This document shows positions 44,951 to 58,260 of a stretch of 64,000 bases of DNA, in pieces. The notes under the pieces were generated by a model. The model did not search any database and was not told where the DNA came from. It was given only the letters and a program-made list of their open reading frames with translations. A program made the translations under genes and the position numbers. Position 1 is the first letter of the stretch. Each line of letters begins with the position of its first letter. The stretch is from Podarcis liolepis (Eukaryota), in the NCBI GenBank assembly GCA_965112155.1, contig OZ218103.1. One strand, 5' to 3'.

Positions 44951-45051
44951 CGAGAAGCCTGGGGGGAGATGGTCCAGTCCAGGCCAATCACCTCGTAGCC
45001 ACATTGTGCCAAATCCTCTAGGGCATAATGCGCATCCTTGGCAAAGATGAT
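44951..45051 (-). CDS. UROD: UROD exon 8
   Basis: [34 protein letters not shown]. Confidence 0.95.
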
Positions 45052-45840
45052 CTGAGAGAGGAGACAAAACAGCAGGACAACGTGGTGGGCAGGGCTGCGT
45101 GCTTGGCACCAAAGCAAGACTGGGGAACCTGTGGCCCTCCAGACGCAGTTTGGCCACCTTTGCCATCATCCCTGGCTGGTACTAGTGCTCCTGCGAGTTA
45201 GGAGTCCAGCAACATGTCTCCTCCATTGTAAGGCGTTCACATCCACAAATAAGCAGAGCTTCTCTTGGTGCACGATGGGAAAGGGGGAACAGGACAACGG
45301 AGAAGATATGCAGGCAGATCTTTGCAGGCAGGTCCTTGACCGCTCTGGCTTGCCCAGTTGGCATTGCTTCATTACTTGGCTGCCTTCTAGTGGTGAAACA
45401 CGACTACTACAACTTTGTACTTTGCTTTTATTTTAAAAGGGGTTTCTCCTTAACACAGACACATCAGCCCCAAGCTAAAAGGAAAGACAGAAAACAGGGA
45501 ATGGCGACAGGCAGCAGACAGACCAAGAGATACCTCCAGCCTGGAATATCTTCCATCACCGCCCCTCCTGCCATCCCAGAATTGGCTTGGAATGCAGGTG
45601 ATTTCAAGGGAGGTTGTGTGGGACAGATTCCCTCCAAGCAGTCAACAGCTTGGTATATAATCTAGGAGCACAGGAAGTTCCTTCTGCAGGATTCCTTCAC
45701 TTCCAGTCAATACTGCTGTTCCTGCTATCTCACAGGAACTTGAGAAGTTGCCTCATGAGCCAGGTCAGACCTAGTTTGCCCATATTCCCTGACTGGCAAC
45801 ACCTCTCCAGGGTCTCAGATTTATTTCCTTCCTTCCTTCC

Positions 45841-46410
45841 TATTATTATTGTTATTATACCTTGCCCATCTGGCTGAGTTGCCCCAACCACTCTGGGTGA
45901 CTTCCAACATAAAAACATAATAGAACCTTAAAAAGCTTCCCTGTACAGTACAGCAGAGCTTTCCAGACTTTTCATGTTGGTGACACACTTTTTAGACATG
46001 AATCGTTTCGTGACACAGTAATTCAGCTTTACTAGCAAACCGGAGGTTAAACGAAACCCCTTTCCAGCCCTGGGAGGAGTGTGGGGAGTGTTTGCACAGC
46101 AAACCTACATACTGCAGCTGACACACTTAATGTGTCGCAACACAGTTTGGAAAGCTCTGCTATACAGGGCTGCCTTCAGATGCCTTCTAAAGGTTATATA
46201 GCTACTCATCTCCTTGACATCTGATGGGGGGGCATTCCACAGGATGGGCGCAGCTACCGAGAAGGCCCTCTCTGCCTGGTTCCCTGTAACTTCACTTCTC
46301 GCAGTGATGGAACCACCAGAAGACCCTTGGTGCTGAATCTCAGTGTCCGGGCTGAACGATGGGGGTAAAGACGCTCCTTCAGGTATACTAGGCAGAGGCC
46401 GTTTAGGACT
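45841..46410 (-). mobile_element. L2-like LINE 3' fragment carrying a nested MITE
   Basis: Collinear with 17842-18183 except for a ~210-bp insertion. Confidence 0.75.
45954..46159. mobile_element. hAT-family MITE nested in L2
   Basis: 16-bp TIRs cagagctttccagact / agtttggaaagctctg; 8-bp TSD ctgtacag / ctatacag. Confidence 0.8.
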
Positions 46411-47112
46411 TGGAAACCTGCTACCTTGTCCTTTCAATGGAAGATGCCATAATTTGAACCTGGCACCTCCCACGTGCATATCCTGAGCTTTATCACAGAG
46501 CTGTACTCCTTCCCAGTGCAGAGGTAGGGATGTCCCAGATTATCAAACTGAGTACTGAGTGTGTTAAGGAGTAACCTCCAGCACATGGGTGCGTACAGTA
46601 CTTGTAAACAGATGCCAAAAGCCAAACTTCTCCAGGATTTAGGAAAGTTTGTAGCCCACCTCATCCAATCAGGATGAGTTGGGGGAAACATTTTTAAGAG
46701 AGGGTAGAATTTTCCTGCTCCCCAATTCTTACAGTAGGAGCCTGACTTAAGAGAAGGATACCCAGTCCTGCTCTCACCTTATCCTCTGCTCTCTTTCTGA
46801 CTCTACAAGAATTTCCTTTCAGCCTTGTGGCACCATGGTCCTCTGCATTTAATTGTGCACAAGGCACACTAGAGAAGATGCCCACACATACACCAGTACT
46901 GCCCATCTATATTTCTTCTGGAAGGCAGCTCCCAAAGGCCTTCTGTCCTACCCTCGGTATGGACAGATGGAGCGGCCTTCCATGGATGCTGCTTCAATAT
47001 CACCATGTGGTATCTGTTTTTAGGATGAACAGAAAACTCCAACAGTCCTTCCAGCTCCAAGATCTGCTGATCCTATGAATCCCACAAGGAACCCAAGAGA
47101 GCTGTCCCTTAC

Positions 47113-47250
47113 CATGGGCACCAGAGGCAGGTCGTCTTCCCGTAGCTTGCTCTTCACTCGCTTGGCAATGCAACGGATGGCGGGGAGGGCAAACTCTGCA
47201 AACTGCTCTGGCCCCAGGTGTCCTGCGTGAGACTCAAAAAGCTGTAGAGC
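47113..47250 (-). CDS. UROD: UROD exon 7
   Basis: [23 protein letters not shown]...LVPM. Confidence 0.96.
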
Positions 47251-48355
47251 CTGCCAAGAGAGACAGCACCAAGGAATCAGCATCCCTCTTGGCTGACATC
47301 TCTCTCCACTCACCCACACCCCAAGGAAAGGTTGCCCTTGGCACCAAAAAGTTTGCCCACGCCTGGCACAGAACAATGCATTTCCCCCCCCTAATCCACT
47401 CTCCTGACACAAGGCAAGCAATTCCAGTAAACAATCTCGAATTCTTCAACTGGAACCAATGCTATAATTAAACTGCCTTAGGCTGCCATCCTAAACCCCC
47501 TATTTGGAAGTAAATCACACGGGGGCGGAAGAATGCCAGTGGGGCTTAGTTCTGAGTACGTATGAATAAGATCAGAGTGTTAATTTACAGACCTTATTCT
47601 CATCACCATCATCTAAAAGGTTGTGCTCTAGGAGGTTGTCACAAGCGAAGGAAATCAGCTGCAAGGCTACTACTTCTCATGTTCCAGCCGTAAGTTATGT
47701 GAATGTGTGAGGGAGGTAGGAATCGCACCAGCTGACCCCACCTCCCATGCATTCCACATAACGCAAGAGGGAGCATCTGGTGCACAGTGCTTGTCCCCAT
47801 GATGGGGAACCCTGCCATGCTCCCCAATCACATACATAGCCCAGTGTCTGAATGAATAAAACCAGGGAGTGCTGAATGTGCTGAATGTGCTGAATGAATA
47901 AAACCAGGGAGGGCTGAAGCCAGCTGGCATGATCTTGGGGAGGAGGAGAAGTTTGCTGTGTTATGCAGAGTGCCATCAGGCAGCAATTTTGGCAAAGGAG
48001 GAAAGCTGTTTTCCTTTTCTTTTATTTGCAACCACGAGGGCGAAAAGCCTATTCCTAAAAACAAAGTGATTGGATTCTGTAATAAAAGGTTACATGATAA
48101 GATTATGATTAGCAGCATGGTACTACTGATTTCTTGCTGGCACCCTTTACCTTCCTAAAGTAAGCTTTCTTTCCAGATCTCATTTGTCTTAAGGGTTGTG
48201 GCTGTAGAAGACGAAGGGTATCTCAAAAGTGCCTTGAAAAATGAGTGGCAAATTTGTCCAACTTACAGCTATGCCTGAAAGCTTGTGGGCAGGAGCTGCC
48301 CAGGAGTCTACAGCTCTTCTCAAGCAGGATGATGCCACTTTCTTCTTCCACTCAC

Positions 48356-48517
48356 CTGAGCGCCTGCAGCCACCTGCCCCACCAGGTAATCCACAATTAC
48401 ATCAGTCAATAACGTGAGTAGACGGTGACTGGCCTCAGGGTGCCGGTAGAGCCAGGCCTTGGCTTTGGCCATTGTGTTGGAGCCGCCACCTTCGATCATA
48501 TAGGACATCAGTGTCCA
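48356..48517 (-). CDS. UROD: UROD exon 6
   Basis: [24 protein letters not shown]...GQVAAGAQ. Confidence 0.96.
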
Positions 48518-49410
48518 CTAGGAAGCAGACAACAAGCAGAAAGTGAAAGCAGGCATGAATTCAAAAGCACTTGTTCCAATGCCTCACCATGCCCAAGCCA
48601 GCTTCTGTAAGGCAAGTGGTTCTTGCAGAAACTGTGAGGCAGCTCTGTTCTTCTTCTTATTTTATTTACTATTATCATTTATTGAATTTACATACTGGCC
48701 TTCACCTGCATATCTCAGGGCGGTTCACATATCGGATTACTTGTTCAGTTCAGAACCAGGCCTCAACCCCTCTGGGTTCCTAAAAACCGGAAGCTGCATT
48801 TGTCTTAACTGATGCCATTCGCTTCTAAAGATGTCATGCATTGCCTCTCCTGCCCCAAAACTTCCATGCCCAAGCTTTGATGCTTCCACTCTTAAGTTGA
48901 CTTTTGGCCAACTGTAATCAGTCAAATGCATGGCAATTTTTAATGTTCGCCTAAATGAAATGCAACATACTTATTTTAAGCACTATCTTAAGGAGATACT
49001 TGGCACACCCTTTCCAGTGTGTCTTCCCTGCCCAGCAGAAAATGCTGGAAAGGAAAGCATAGAAAAGCCGCCTTTCTCAGCTTCTGCCACCCATCAGTTA
49101 GTTCCACAAATATCATCCTATGAAGTCAATGTTTGAGCAGCAGCAAGCTAAGGCAGGGAGTCAGGGACCCAACGGCCTTACTAGGAGAGAGCATGAACTA
49201 TGCCAGCCTGTAAGTGACACCCCCCATGACACTCCTCCGCAGAGGTTGTCAAATGCTGCAGCTACAAATCCACGGTACCCAGAATCCACCTGGCCTCATG
49301 CAGCGGCACAGATGGCCAGCACATCCCAACATTTCCTAGCGCCCACCAGCATTTTTAGGGAATGACACAGTCTCTTTGGGAGACGCCCATTTCCAAAGAA
49401 CTATACTTAC

Positions 49411-49811
<401 letters not shown>

Positions 49812-49996
49812 TTAAGCTAGAAATGACACGTGTGTAGAAAGAGAACCACCCTCTCATAGGAGAGAGGAAATATTTGAAAATACAAAGGCAGTAAGCCTGA
49901 AAACTCAAAATCCAGGGAAAACTGGACGGGGAAAGAAGGGCAAGATTTCTGCTGAGGCCCTAAAGCTAGTGCACTATAGACGTAGCATATGAACAC

Positions 49997-50208
49997 CAGA
50001 ACATAGGATGCTGCCTTAGGATGCTGAATCAGAGCACAGGATACTGAATCAGACCACTAGTCCATCTAGCTCAGTGCTATCTATACTAACTGGAAACTCT
50101 TCTCCAGGGGTCAGGTAGGAGTCCAGTCCTACCTGGAGATGTTGGGGATTGAACCTGGGACCGTCAGTGTGCAAGGCACGTGCTCTAACCGTGTACTACA
50201 GCCCCTCC
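49997..50208 (-). mobile_element. tRNA-derived squamate SINE
   Basis: gggattgaacctggga B-box region; same family as 31227-31408. Confidence 0.7.
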
Positions 50209-50999
50209 TTCACGAAAGAGAATGCCAGGCAGTGGTGTTGCAGACATTCCAATAGGCAGCCTGATTTTCAGCAGACAATGATACAGTCTTACCTGTGTAC
50301 TGCACAAGATGATCTTCCCACAGCCTGGCCTTTTTGGCCCTTTGAGTCCACATCTCCCCTGATTTACCACCACTATACTATTACCGACATATTCAGATTC
50401 AGCCAGTGAGGAAGTATAACTTCCTGTAAAGGTAAAGTGGGTGTGCTGTATGAGGAGCACAGCATGGGACATGGGGAAAGGCATAAATAGGTTCCCGTAC
50501 GCTGGAGGGTATGCAGGAACCCATTCCTGTCTTTCCCAGAGTCCATTTTAAGTACAGATATGTAGGAAAACTGCACTGATACACAGACTACACCAATACA
50601 CAGGACAATGTTGGTTTGTGGAGCTTCTCTCTACACCCATCCACCCCAAAAAAGGGCAGGCAATGGCTATGCATATAAAACAAAACTTGCTTGCCGCTTG
50701 CTTCCCATCAGGATAGACAGAGCTTAAGGCAGGATACTGGGGAGGGGGGGGGTGGAGCTCAAAGAATGTGTTCTCAGTCCACAATCCCCACAGTTCTTGG
50801 AAACTCTATTACAATGTTTTTAAAAGGAAAGGAGTCTAGTATTCAAAATTGCAAAAATAAAGGAGCTGTGATTTTTTTTAAAAAAATGGCAGGAAAAGAC
50901 TACAAAGATAATAAGACCCAAAACGATAATCTGTTCAAGTTGACTCAAAAGCTAAAATAGTCCAAAACAGAATGAGATTAGAATGTGTAGAAAAAGAGA

Positions 51000-51001
<2 letters not shown>

Positions 51002-51050
<49 letters not shown>

Positions 51051-51056
51051 GGAGAG
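51002..51056. repeat. (TG)n(AG)n compound microsatellite
   Basis: Directly visible in the sequence. Confidence 0.95.
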
Positions 51057-52329
51057 ACCAAGAGTTATGAACATTGGGGGGGGGGCAAATACAGTAATGT
51101 TTACAGGTGTGCTGTCAGTGGGACAATGAACACTGAAAAACATTGACAGGTTGTATAACGAAGTGAGGCAAAACAGAAGGAAGCATTGCATAAATGCAGT
51201 CTTTTTATTTACTTATTTTTTAAAAAAAGAGGTGGAAGAATTCCTCAAGCAGTCAGCTGCATAGAATTTTGGGGTTTCTTTTACAACTGAACAAAAAGGA
51301 ACAAACGTTATGCCATTAATAACATTTTTGAAGAGAAAGACAGTGCTGTGCGGAGGGGTGTGTTAATGAATGTTACTAAAATAGACTTAATAGAAATGTT
51401 TGTAATGATGTTGTGAAAAAGAACATGGGGGTGGGGGGAGGAATCAGAGACCCATGAAAGTGCCAAAAGCAGAGAAAAGGGAGGAGGTCCGAGAAGTAGA
51501 CACATTATAAAAGAACAAAGGGAAAGCATGCTGCACAGATGTATGTTATTTGAGAAGGAAACGGGTCTTAGAAAACAATCGTGCATCATCTGTCTTTCAG
51601 GACATTGCCAGAGCGTACGACGTGCCTTTGTGCATTTGAAAGCACACTGAGTCCGATCAAATGCTTCCATTTTGAATTAGGCAATCTGATGCACATGTAT
51701 CAATATACCACTCCCAGGCATTCAAAACAGTGTGTATGGTGGGGGGCCTTGCATGTTAGCCCCCACTCCAACCTCCCCATCCCCATGTGGAAGCTTCAGA
51801 TCTAATTATCATCATCATCTTTGGAAGCTGAGCATGAAGATCTAAGGGCATTCTACTAGCCACAATGGGCTACGTTCTACCTCCATGGTCGGAGGCAGCA
51901 ATGCTTCTGAATACCAGTTACTGCAGGAGGGAAGAGTGCTCTTGAGCTCAGGTCCCTCTCACGGGTTTCCCACAGGCATCTGGTTGGCCATCGTGAGAAC
52001 AGGATGCAAGTCTAGATGTGCCATTGGCTGGCCCAGCATGACTCTTCTTTACCTTCTTATTCAGAGGAATGCACTGAGAAGCCGCCCTGCAGTCAGGACC
52101 TCCGCCTTATCAGGGTTCCAGTCATGGATGTTTTAAGCAAGTTCAACCGAATGCCTTCAGAATAGAGCCAACATGTAGTGACACTGGAGCAGAGGCTTCA
52201 TTCACACACCCTGCTACCCTTCCTGCTACATGGAACACCCAACAGAGACATTATTGCTCAGCCAAGCACTGTCTGTGCAAGGGAAAGCGTAATAGTCACA
52301 GTGGAGATACCAGTTTCCTATTAGTAGAG

Positions 52330-52569
52330 TGGCCAAGACTTTCGTATCTTGGTTCCCAAACTTAATCCATTCCAGAAGTCCGTTTGACTCCCAAAACCAT
52401 TTGAAAACCAAGGCTACAGGATTGGCTACAGGAGCTTCCTGCACTCAAGCGGAAGCTGCGGAAGCCATGTCAGACGTTCAGCTTCTGAAAAACTTACTTC
52501 CAGGTTTGCGGTGTTCAGGAGCCGATTTGTTCGACAACTAAGCCGTTCGGGAACCAAGGTACTACGGCA
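52330..52569. mobile_element. degraded Tigger-like MITE related to 2017-2243
   Basis: cttaatccattccagaagtccgtt resembles ttaattcgttctgggggtccgtt; the end aaggtactacgg resembles aggtaccactg. Confidence 0.5.
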
Positions 52570-53764
52570 TGTTTTAGCTAGTGAGCCCTTTCTTTCGTAT
52601 TTCTTTTTAAAATATTTATATTGCATTGAAAGAAACACAAAAGTGCATTTATCAAAATTATAATGTTCTGTTAGTAATTTTACATTTGTGGCAATAACTT
52701 ATTGCTTATATATCTATCTTTCATATTTTATCTCAATCCCTCTTTCATATTTCAAGCTAACAGATGCATTTTCATTTGTGCCTGCTGGAGACAACACATT
52801 CATCGCAAAATGGGGTGGAATTCAGCTAAGTTGTTGCATGAGTAAAATGAGAACTTTCCCTCCCCTACTCCCCTCAAAGCCTGCTCTGGAAGATTGGGGA
52901 ACAGTCCAGATCAGGTTTAGAGGGCATGTGGACGGGCGCTAGAGGGAAGTCCCATTGTGCAAGCGGACCTCGTTCCGCTTGTGAACAGCCACCTTCTCAC
53001 TATCTTGAATTCCACCCATGGACACTATTGTTTTTATATTCAAGGAGCAGTGTAGAATAACATACCAAATTATTTCCTGAAGAATGCTTAGATACATCTA
53101 ATGAAGAAGTCTACAATGCTTCTAAAAACTGGGGTGGTGGTGTTTTTTTAGCCTGAGAGCCACATTCCCTCCAGGGGAATGTTCCAGGAGTCACAAGGCA
53201 GAGGCAAAAGTGGGCAAAGCAACAAATGTAAGTTTTCCCTTTGCACAATGAGCTAGTTTCTACACACCCCTCTTTCTCCTCCACCCAGGCAAGCAAGAAG
53301 CATTATCAGAGCTCATGACACATTCCAGCCAGACAAAAAGAAGGGTGTGAAGCAGAGACAGTCCCAAGGGACAGATAAGGCCACAGTTGGTCCCTGGATC
53401 TGAGTTCTCCACCCGTGACCTAAATATATAAATTGCCCATGCAACTGAATAGCAAAATGCAGCAAGGAGGACATTAAAACCCAAATCAATAACTGCTATT
53501 TAGTTTTGCTATTTAGACGGAAGAGACAAATGAAATTGGTTAGGGAAAGGCAGATGAGATGGTGAGTATGGGGAGCCTCTCATAAAACTATGCTGGTGAC
53601 CATCTTGTGGGAGCAAATGTCACAGTTTATACTCTGGGGTATATTCAGCTCCTGCCACAGTCTGCAGAACAGGAATAACCCTCAATTGTGAATGGGGGGG
53701 GGGGTGGAGAGAGAACTCTCCCTCCTGGAACCTTGCACACTTGCAGAATAAGTTCACAACACAC

Positions 53765-53844
53765 CTGCAGAGTAAGTTCACAACACTTCTCTGGTGATCG
53801 ACAGGTAGCAAAGAAATCCTGAGCTGCTCGCGTCTCTCGGAACT
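53765..53844 (-). CDS. UROD: UROD exon 3
   Basis: [27 protein letters not shown]; ttgcag acceptor, CAG|gtgtgt donor. Confidence 0.93.
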
Positions 53845-54379
53845 CTGCAAAAAAAGAAAATGGAGTGGAAGGTAGATGCCTCTCAAAAGGAATGCAACTT
53901 AACCTAGAGGAGAGATGCGGGGAACCTAGGAACTTCCAGATGTTGTTAGATTCCAATTTCCATAATGTTCCACTGAACATTCTGGGTGGTACTGATGGGA
54001 GTTAGATTCCAGCAACATCTGGAGGGCCATAGATTTCCTCCATCTGTGGACTAGAGGAACCGGCCCTCGGAAATGGATAAAGGCTAATTATGTCAATCAC
54101 AGAGGTTTTGCAAGGAAAATAACCTAGGCGCAGGACACTATCTATCAATGCTTTTCAGAGCTGAAGTTTTCCCCAGATCCATTTTGTGGGCAGATACTAA
54201 TAGCTGGATTCTTGCTTTCAGAATCCTCCAAAGACTCTGGTCTTGAGAATTTCTTTCCCTCTCCCTCCTACTCATTTTCAGATAATCACCTCTCTCAGAA
54301 CTCAAGGCCAACCAGCAGGCCATCCCAGCCCCAAGGACAAGATCCAAACATCTTTGTCCCAAACACCTCAGTCACTTCA

Positions 54380-54523
<144 letters not shown>

Positions 54524-55339
54524 TCATCCAAAGGCCTGGGTGAAGAGGTGTGTTTGACCATTTATAAAAAACCGTCCAATATAATGTGACTCCCAAGTGA
54601 AAGAAGATTCTTCATCTCCTCCCCCTTTCAAATATTAAATTGACGACCAGGGAAGGTAATAAGTGGCACTCACTAACTAAAACTTGGAAAAAATATTTAC
54701 AGACCATTTCCTCTCTCACTACCATGTTGCGGTTTTCTTTGCTGCAAGAGGGGTGCAGACCGTTTTACTTTATCAAACAAACTATTGCATTACAATATGA
54801 GGGAAGCCAGAGGGGAAAAGACACACAAACACCAGTCCAGTCCATGGAACTATCATAAATGATCAGTGCCAGACAGGAACAGTTATTCTCCTCTTAGGTA
54901 GTTAGTACAACTACAGGTTCTACATTCTATATATATTAGTCCTTTGGAGGACTATTTCTAATTTTATTTAACAGACATGCTGTGGACCACCTGAATGAAG
55001 TTTATGGACTGCTGGTGGTTGACAGACCACAGTTCGGGAACCCTTGCTTTACACTGTGTCATTTGCATCAGAGCTAGATTTGGGCTTAGCCCTTGCACAG
55101 TGTTCAAAAGCCTGGTTTGCCATGGCCACATGTGCAAACACAACTGTATGTATATTACTGTACATCAGAAGTAGAATCCATCAAGCCCACTGGGGCCTAC
55201 GTTTCAAGTAAACATGTGTAGCATTGCCAGGCTTAATAAAATGGCTTGCAAAGTGCTTTCACGCTAGCCACAATGAGAGTAATACCATCGTAGAAGCTGA
55301 AGTAGAGCAACCCAGGTGAAAGAAAGAATCTCACTGCAG

Positions 55340-56120
55340 CAAGCAACGTCTGCTTACAGCACGCAAAATCATCTCAAATGCGGGCCGGAAGGGGGAAAGA
55401 GAAAAAGGAGCCCCTCCTTTTTCCTCATACTCTGTAGCACTGCGTCTTAATGTCTAATGGATAAAAGCAGCGCAAAACAAGGTGGAAACGCTTCTTAACC
55501 CAAACTTTGCCTACTGGTGCTCAGCGGAACCGACATTCGGCGCAAAGCAGACAACTCGGCACCGTGTCAGCCCTGCCTGCACCGGCAACGCGAGCTCAAC
55601 CCCAAGTACTGCACGGGTGGACCTGCATGTCAGAAAAGGCGTCAGGGGCTGAGGTGCTGCTTCCCCGCAGCAGCTGAAGACCCAGCAGCCCGGGCCAAGG
55701 GAACAAGAGGCAAATGTCCCTCATCCCCTGCGCGGAACCCTTGTCCCACCCCACGAACCCACGACCGCACAATGCCTGCCCTCTCGCTTCCACTCACACG
55801 ACCGGCCCGTTCTTCTCCATCCCGCCCGCGCTGCTGCGGCCGCCCTACTCCCGAGTCCTGGCGGCGAGAACAACACGCCTCTTCCTCCCCACTTCCGGGT
55901 TCATTCCCCAGCTCCCCCGATTGGTGCTCGTGGGATCCACCCACGGCTCCCGCTGGGCGTGGCCGGGGCAGGACCGGCATTACCGTAATGTGCGCTGTAG
56001 CAAGTCTCCCGGAAAAGTTAGGACGGGAGGCGCACAGCACACGCGCCGCCGCTTGTCTGGGGCGCTGGAGAGAGGGCAGAACCAGCACCGCGGAGCAGGG
56101 CTCGTAGACGCAGCAAAAAC
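55340..56120 (-). promoter_or_regulatory. UROD CpG island/promoter with ETS (CCGGAAGT) and CCAAT motifs
   Basis: Dense CpG/GC around exon 1. acttccgg at 55891-55898 and attgg at 55920-55924 read CCGGAAGT and CCAAT in the UROD direction. Confidence 0.8.
55798..55820 (-). CDS. UROD: UROD exon 1 coding part (MEKNGPV-)
   Basis: ATG in gggATGG context inside the CpG island; donor GT|gtgagt; phase 2 matches exon 2. Confidence 0.85.
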
Positions 56121-57349
56121 CCCTCTGGTCTATTTTGAGCATAGACATCCAACAAGTAACTGGCATTAGAACTCCTAATTAAATTAAATACAGTACAGAG
56201 AGCATTGCAACAACCCATATAGTTCATGGGAGCTAGACAAATGCACCAAACCCTTGGGTCAAGGCAGCAATTGTGCATGCAGAAATGAATTAAAAGACAG
56301 AAATATGCATTCATTTCCCCACAAGTCCACTGCCCTCATGTAGCCCCCGTATTCACAGCCAAGGGGAATGATTAAGAAGCTGGGTTAGTACATCTGCTAC
56401 TAGTTCTACATCCATAAAATATGTGGTATTTTCCTGTCCTAACCGATGAATGCCACTCCCTGTGCTTGGCTGATAAAAACTTTGGACCACCTCCTCCTTG
56501 GATACATTGTGCTCTTTGCTTGGAGATAAAAATTACCCTAACCACAGCACCACATGGGACCAATAGATAAAAATGTGGGAAGGTGTTGCCAAAGGCTGCT
56601 TTGTCTGTGCCTCACATATTACTTGGGAATCCACAGCTCAGTCATGATATACATACACTAACAGCAAACACAATTCTCAGAGATCCAGTCCTTATGTAAC
56701 CAAAGGTGCAACATATATGTGCAAGAAGGAAGTATTAGCAGGCTCGGGGAGACCCCAAGATTGGCAGAAGAACAAGCAGAAACCTCCACAGCAAAATTTG
56801 TCATCAGGCCGAGCAGAAGTTTCCAGAAGCCACTTGGCTTTTTAATCCCATGTGGGTTGTGCATTTGTGTTCACAGATCCTTGTACTGCAGTGTTGCTTA
56901 ACAATGTTCATCAACACTGGTAAACCTAAGAAGCAATATGACTCCAGATCATGGAACATTAATGATGAGGGAGACAGACAAGACAGACGTGAGAAACAGT
57001 GTTAGGTCCTTCTGGAAGAGAAGATACAGAGGTGAAAGTGTCAAGATTGTACCAAGCAGATTTACCACTAGATAATTGGGCACCTCCAAAGAACAGTGAC
57101 ATCTAAAGGGCACAACTCAGCAACAGAGAACATGTTTAAATGCGTTAGAGAACCTGGTGGTCTCCAAACTCCCATCAGCCAAGGCTAGTATAGCTAATGA
57201 TCAGGGATGATGGGAGTTGTGATCCAGACCAGCAAGGCGGGGCAGGCCGCAGGTCCCCTAGCCCTAGTTTAAGGCCACTATATTACTGTACTGCTAGTGT
57301 CAACTTCCTAGCACCTGATCAGAGATCCTTCCGCCTGTCCTGGTGTTTG

Positions 57350-58260
57350 TTTTGGAAACGCGAACTTTTATGATATGCCTCATCGCCAGCCATTCACATG
57401 AGCCCAGGAACTGAAGTGAAACGCAGTCAGAGATCTTGCGCGTCGACCTTCCTTGGCCACTTTCACCTTAGGCCTAAACCTCCCTCGCGGGGTCCGGCGC
57501 TTGCCGCCGACCCATTCCCATTGTGCGGTTCCCCTGGCTTCTTGCATGCTCATTCAGCCGTCCGCCGATAGAGGCTGCTTTACGGTACACCCGGCAGAAC
57601 CTAGGAGGAAGGAGAGCGAGAGTAGCAGGAAGCAGCCGCAGCCGCCCTCCTCCCGGTCGCTGCGCTGGGGAAAGACTCGCCGGCTGCCAGAATCGGGACG
57701 GGAGGGAAGGGGCCACCGGCGGAGCTGCTCCTGCGGCGGCTGCTCCCTCTGGGCCAACCCCGCCTCGGCGGCTGCAGGCGGCTAGGATGATGCCCCCGAC
57801 GGCGGGCGAGTCGCCGCACCAGCTGCTAGGCCGGCTGCGCTTCCTGAGCGAGGCGATCGGGTGCCTGACGCGCGCGGAGCCGCTGCCCGCCGCCTTGTGC
57901 TACGTGCCCCGCGAGGTGCAGTATAAGATCTGCAAGGACCCCAGCGCCCCCGGGCCCGCCTCGGCCTCCGGCCGGACCCTGCTGTCGGTATGGGAGAACC
58001 CCAGCAAGGCCGGCGCCGGCTCCGGGTCGGGCGGCAGGAAGGGCCTGGGCAGGGGCACCATCGAGCTGCGCAAGGGCTCGTGCATCCGAGCCAGCGGCGA
58101 GGAATACTGCAACGGGCACGGGCTCTGGGTGAAGCTGACAAAGGTGAGTGTGGCAAGGTGTAGCCTCCGGCGGGGCCTGCAGCGCACGGGCACCCGCACC
58201 CGCTGAACGCGGAAGTTTGAGGAGGGTAAATTGCCAGGGCTCCAGCCCGTTAGCGCCACA
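57350..58260 (+). promoter_or_regulatory. HECTD3 CpG island/promoter and exon 1
   Basis: Very high GC/CpG density spanning the HECTD3 5'UTR and first exon. Confidence 0.8.
57787..58143 (+). CDS. HECTD3: HECTD3 exon 1 coding part
   Basis: [20 protein letters not shown]...[15 protein letters not shown]...LWVKLTK|gtgagt; the start could be the second ATG at 57790. Confidence 0.9.

Noticed and set aside
55517-56169. Overlapping 150-196 aa ORFs at the UROD 5' end
   Set aside because: Stop-poor CpG island; low-complexity Pro/Arg/Ala/Gly translations with no homology cues
57523-57786. N-terminal extension of HECTD3 in the 227-aa ORF
   Set aside because: It begins at a non-ATG codon in the GC-rich 5'UTR; recognisable HECTD3 sequence starts only at the ATG at 57787/57790
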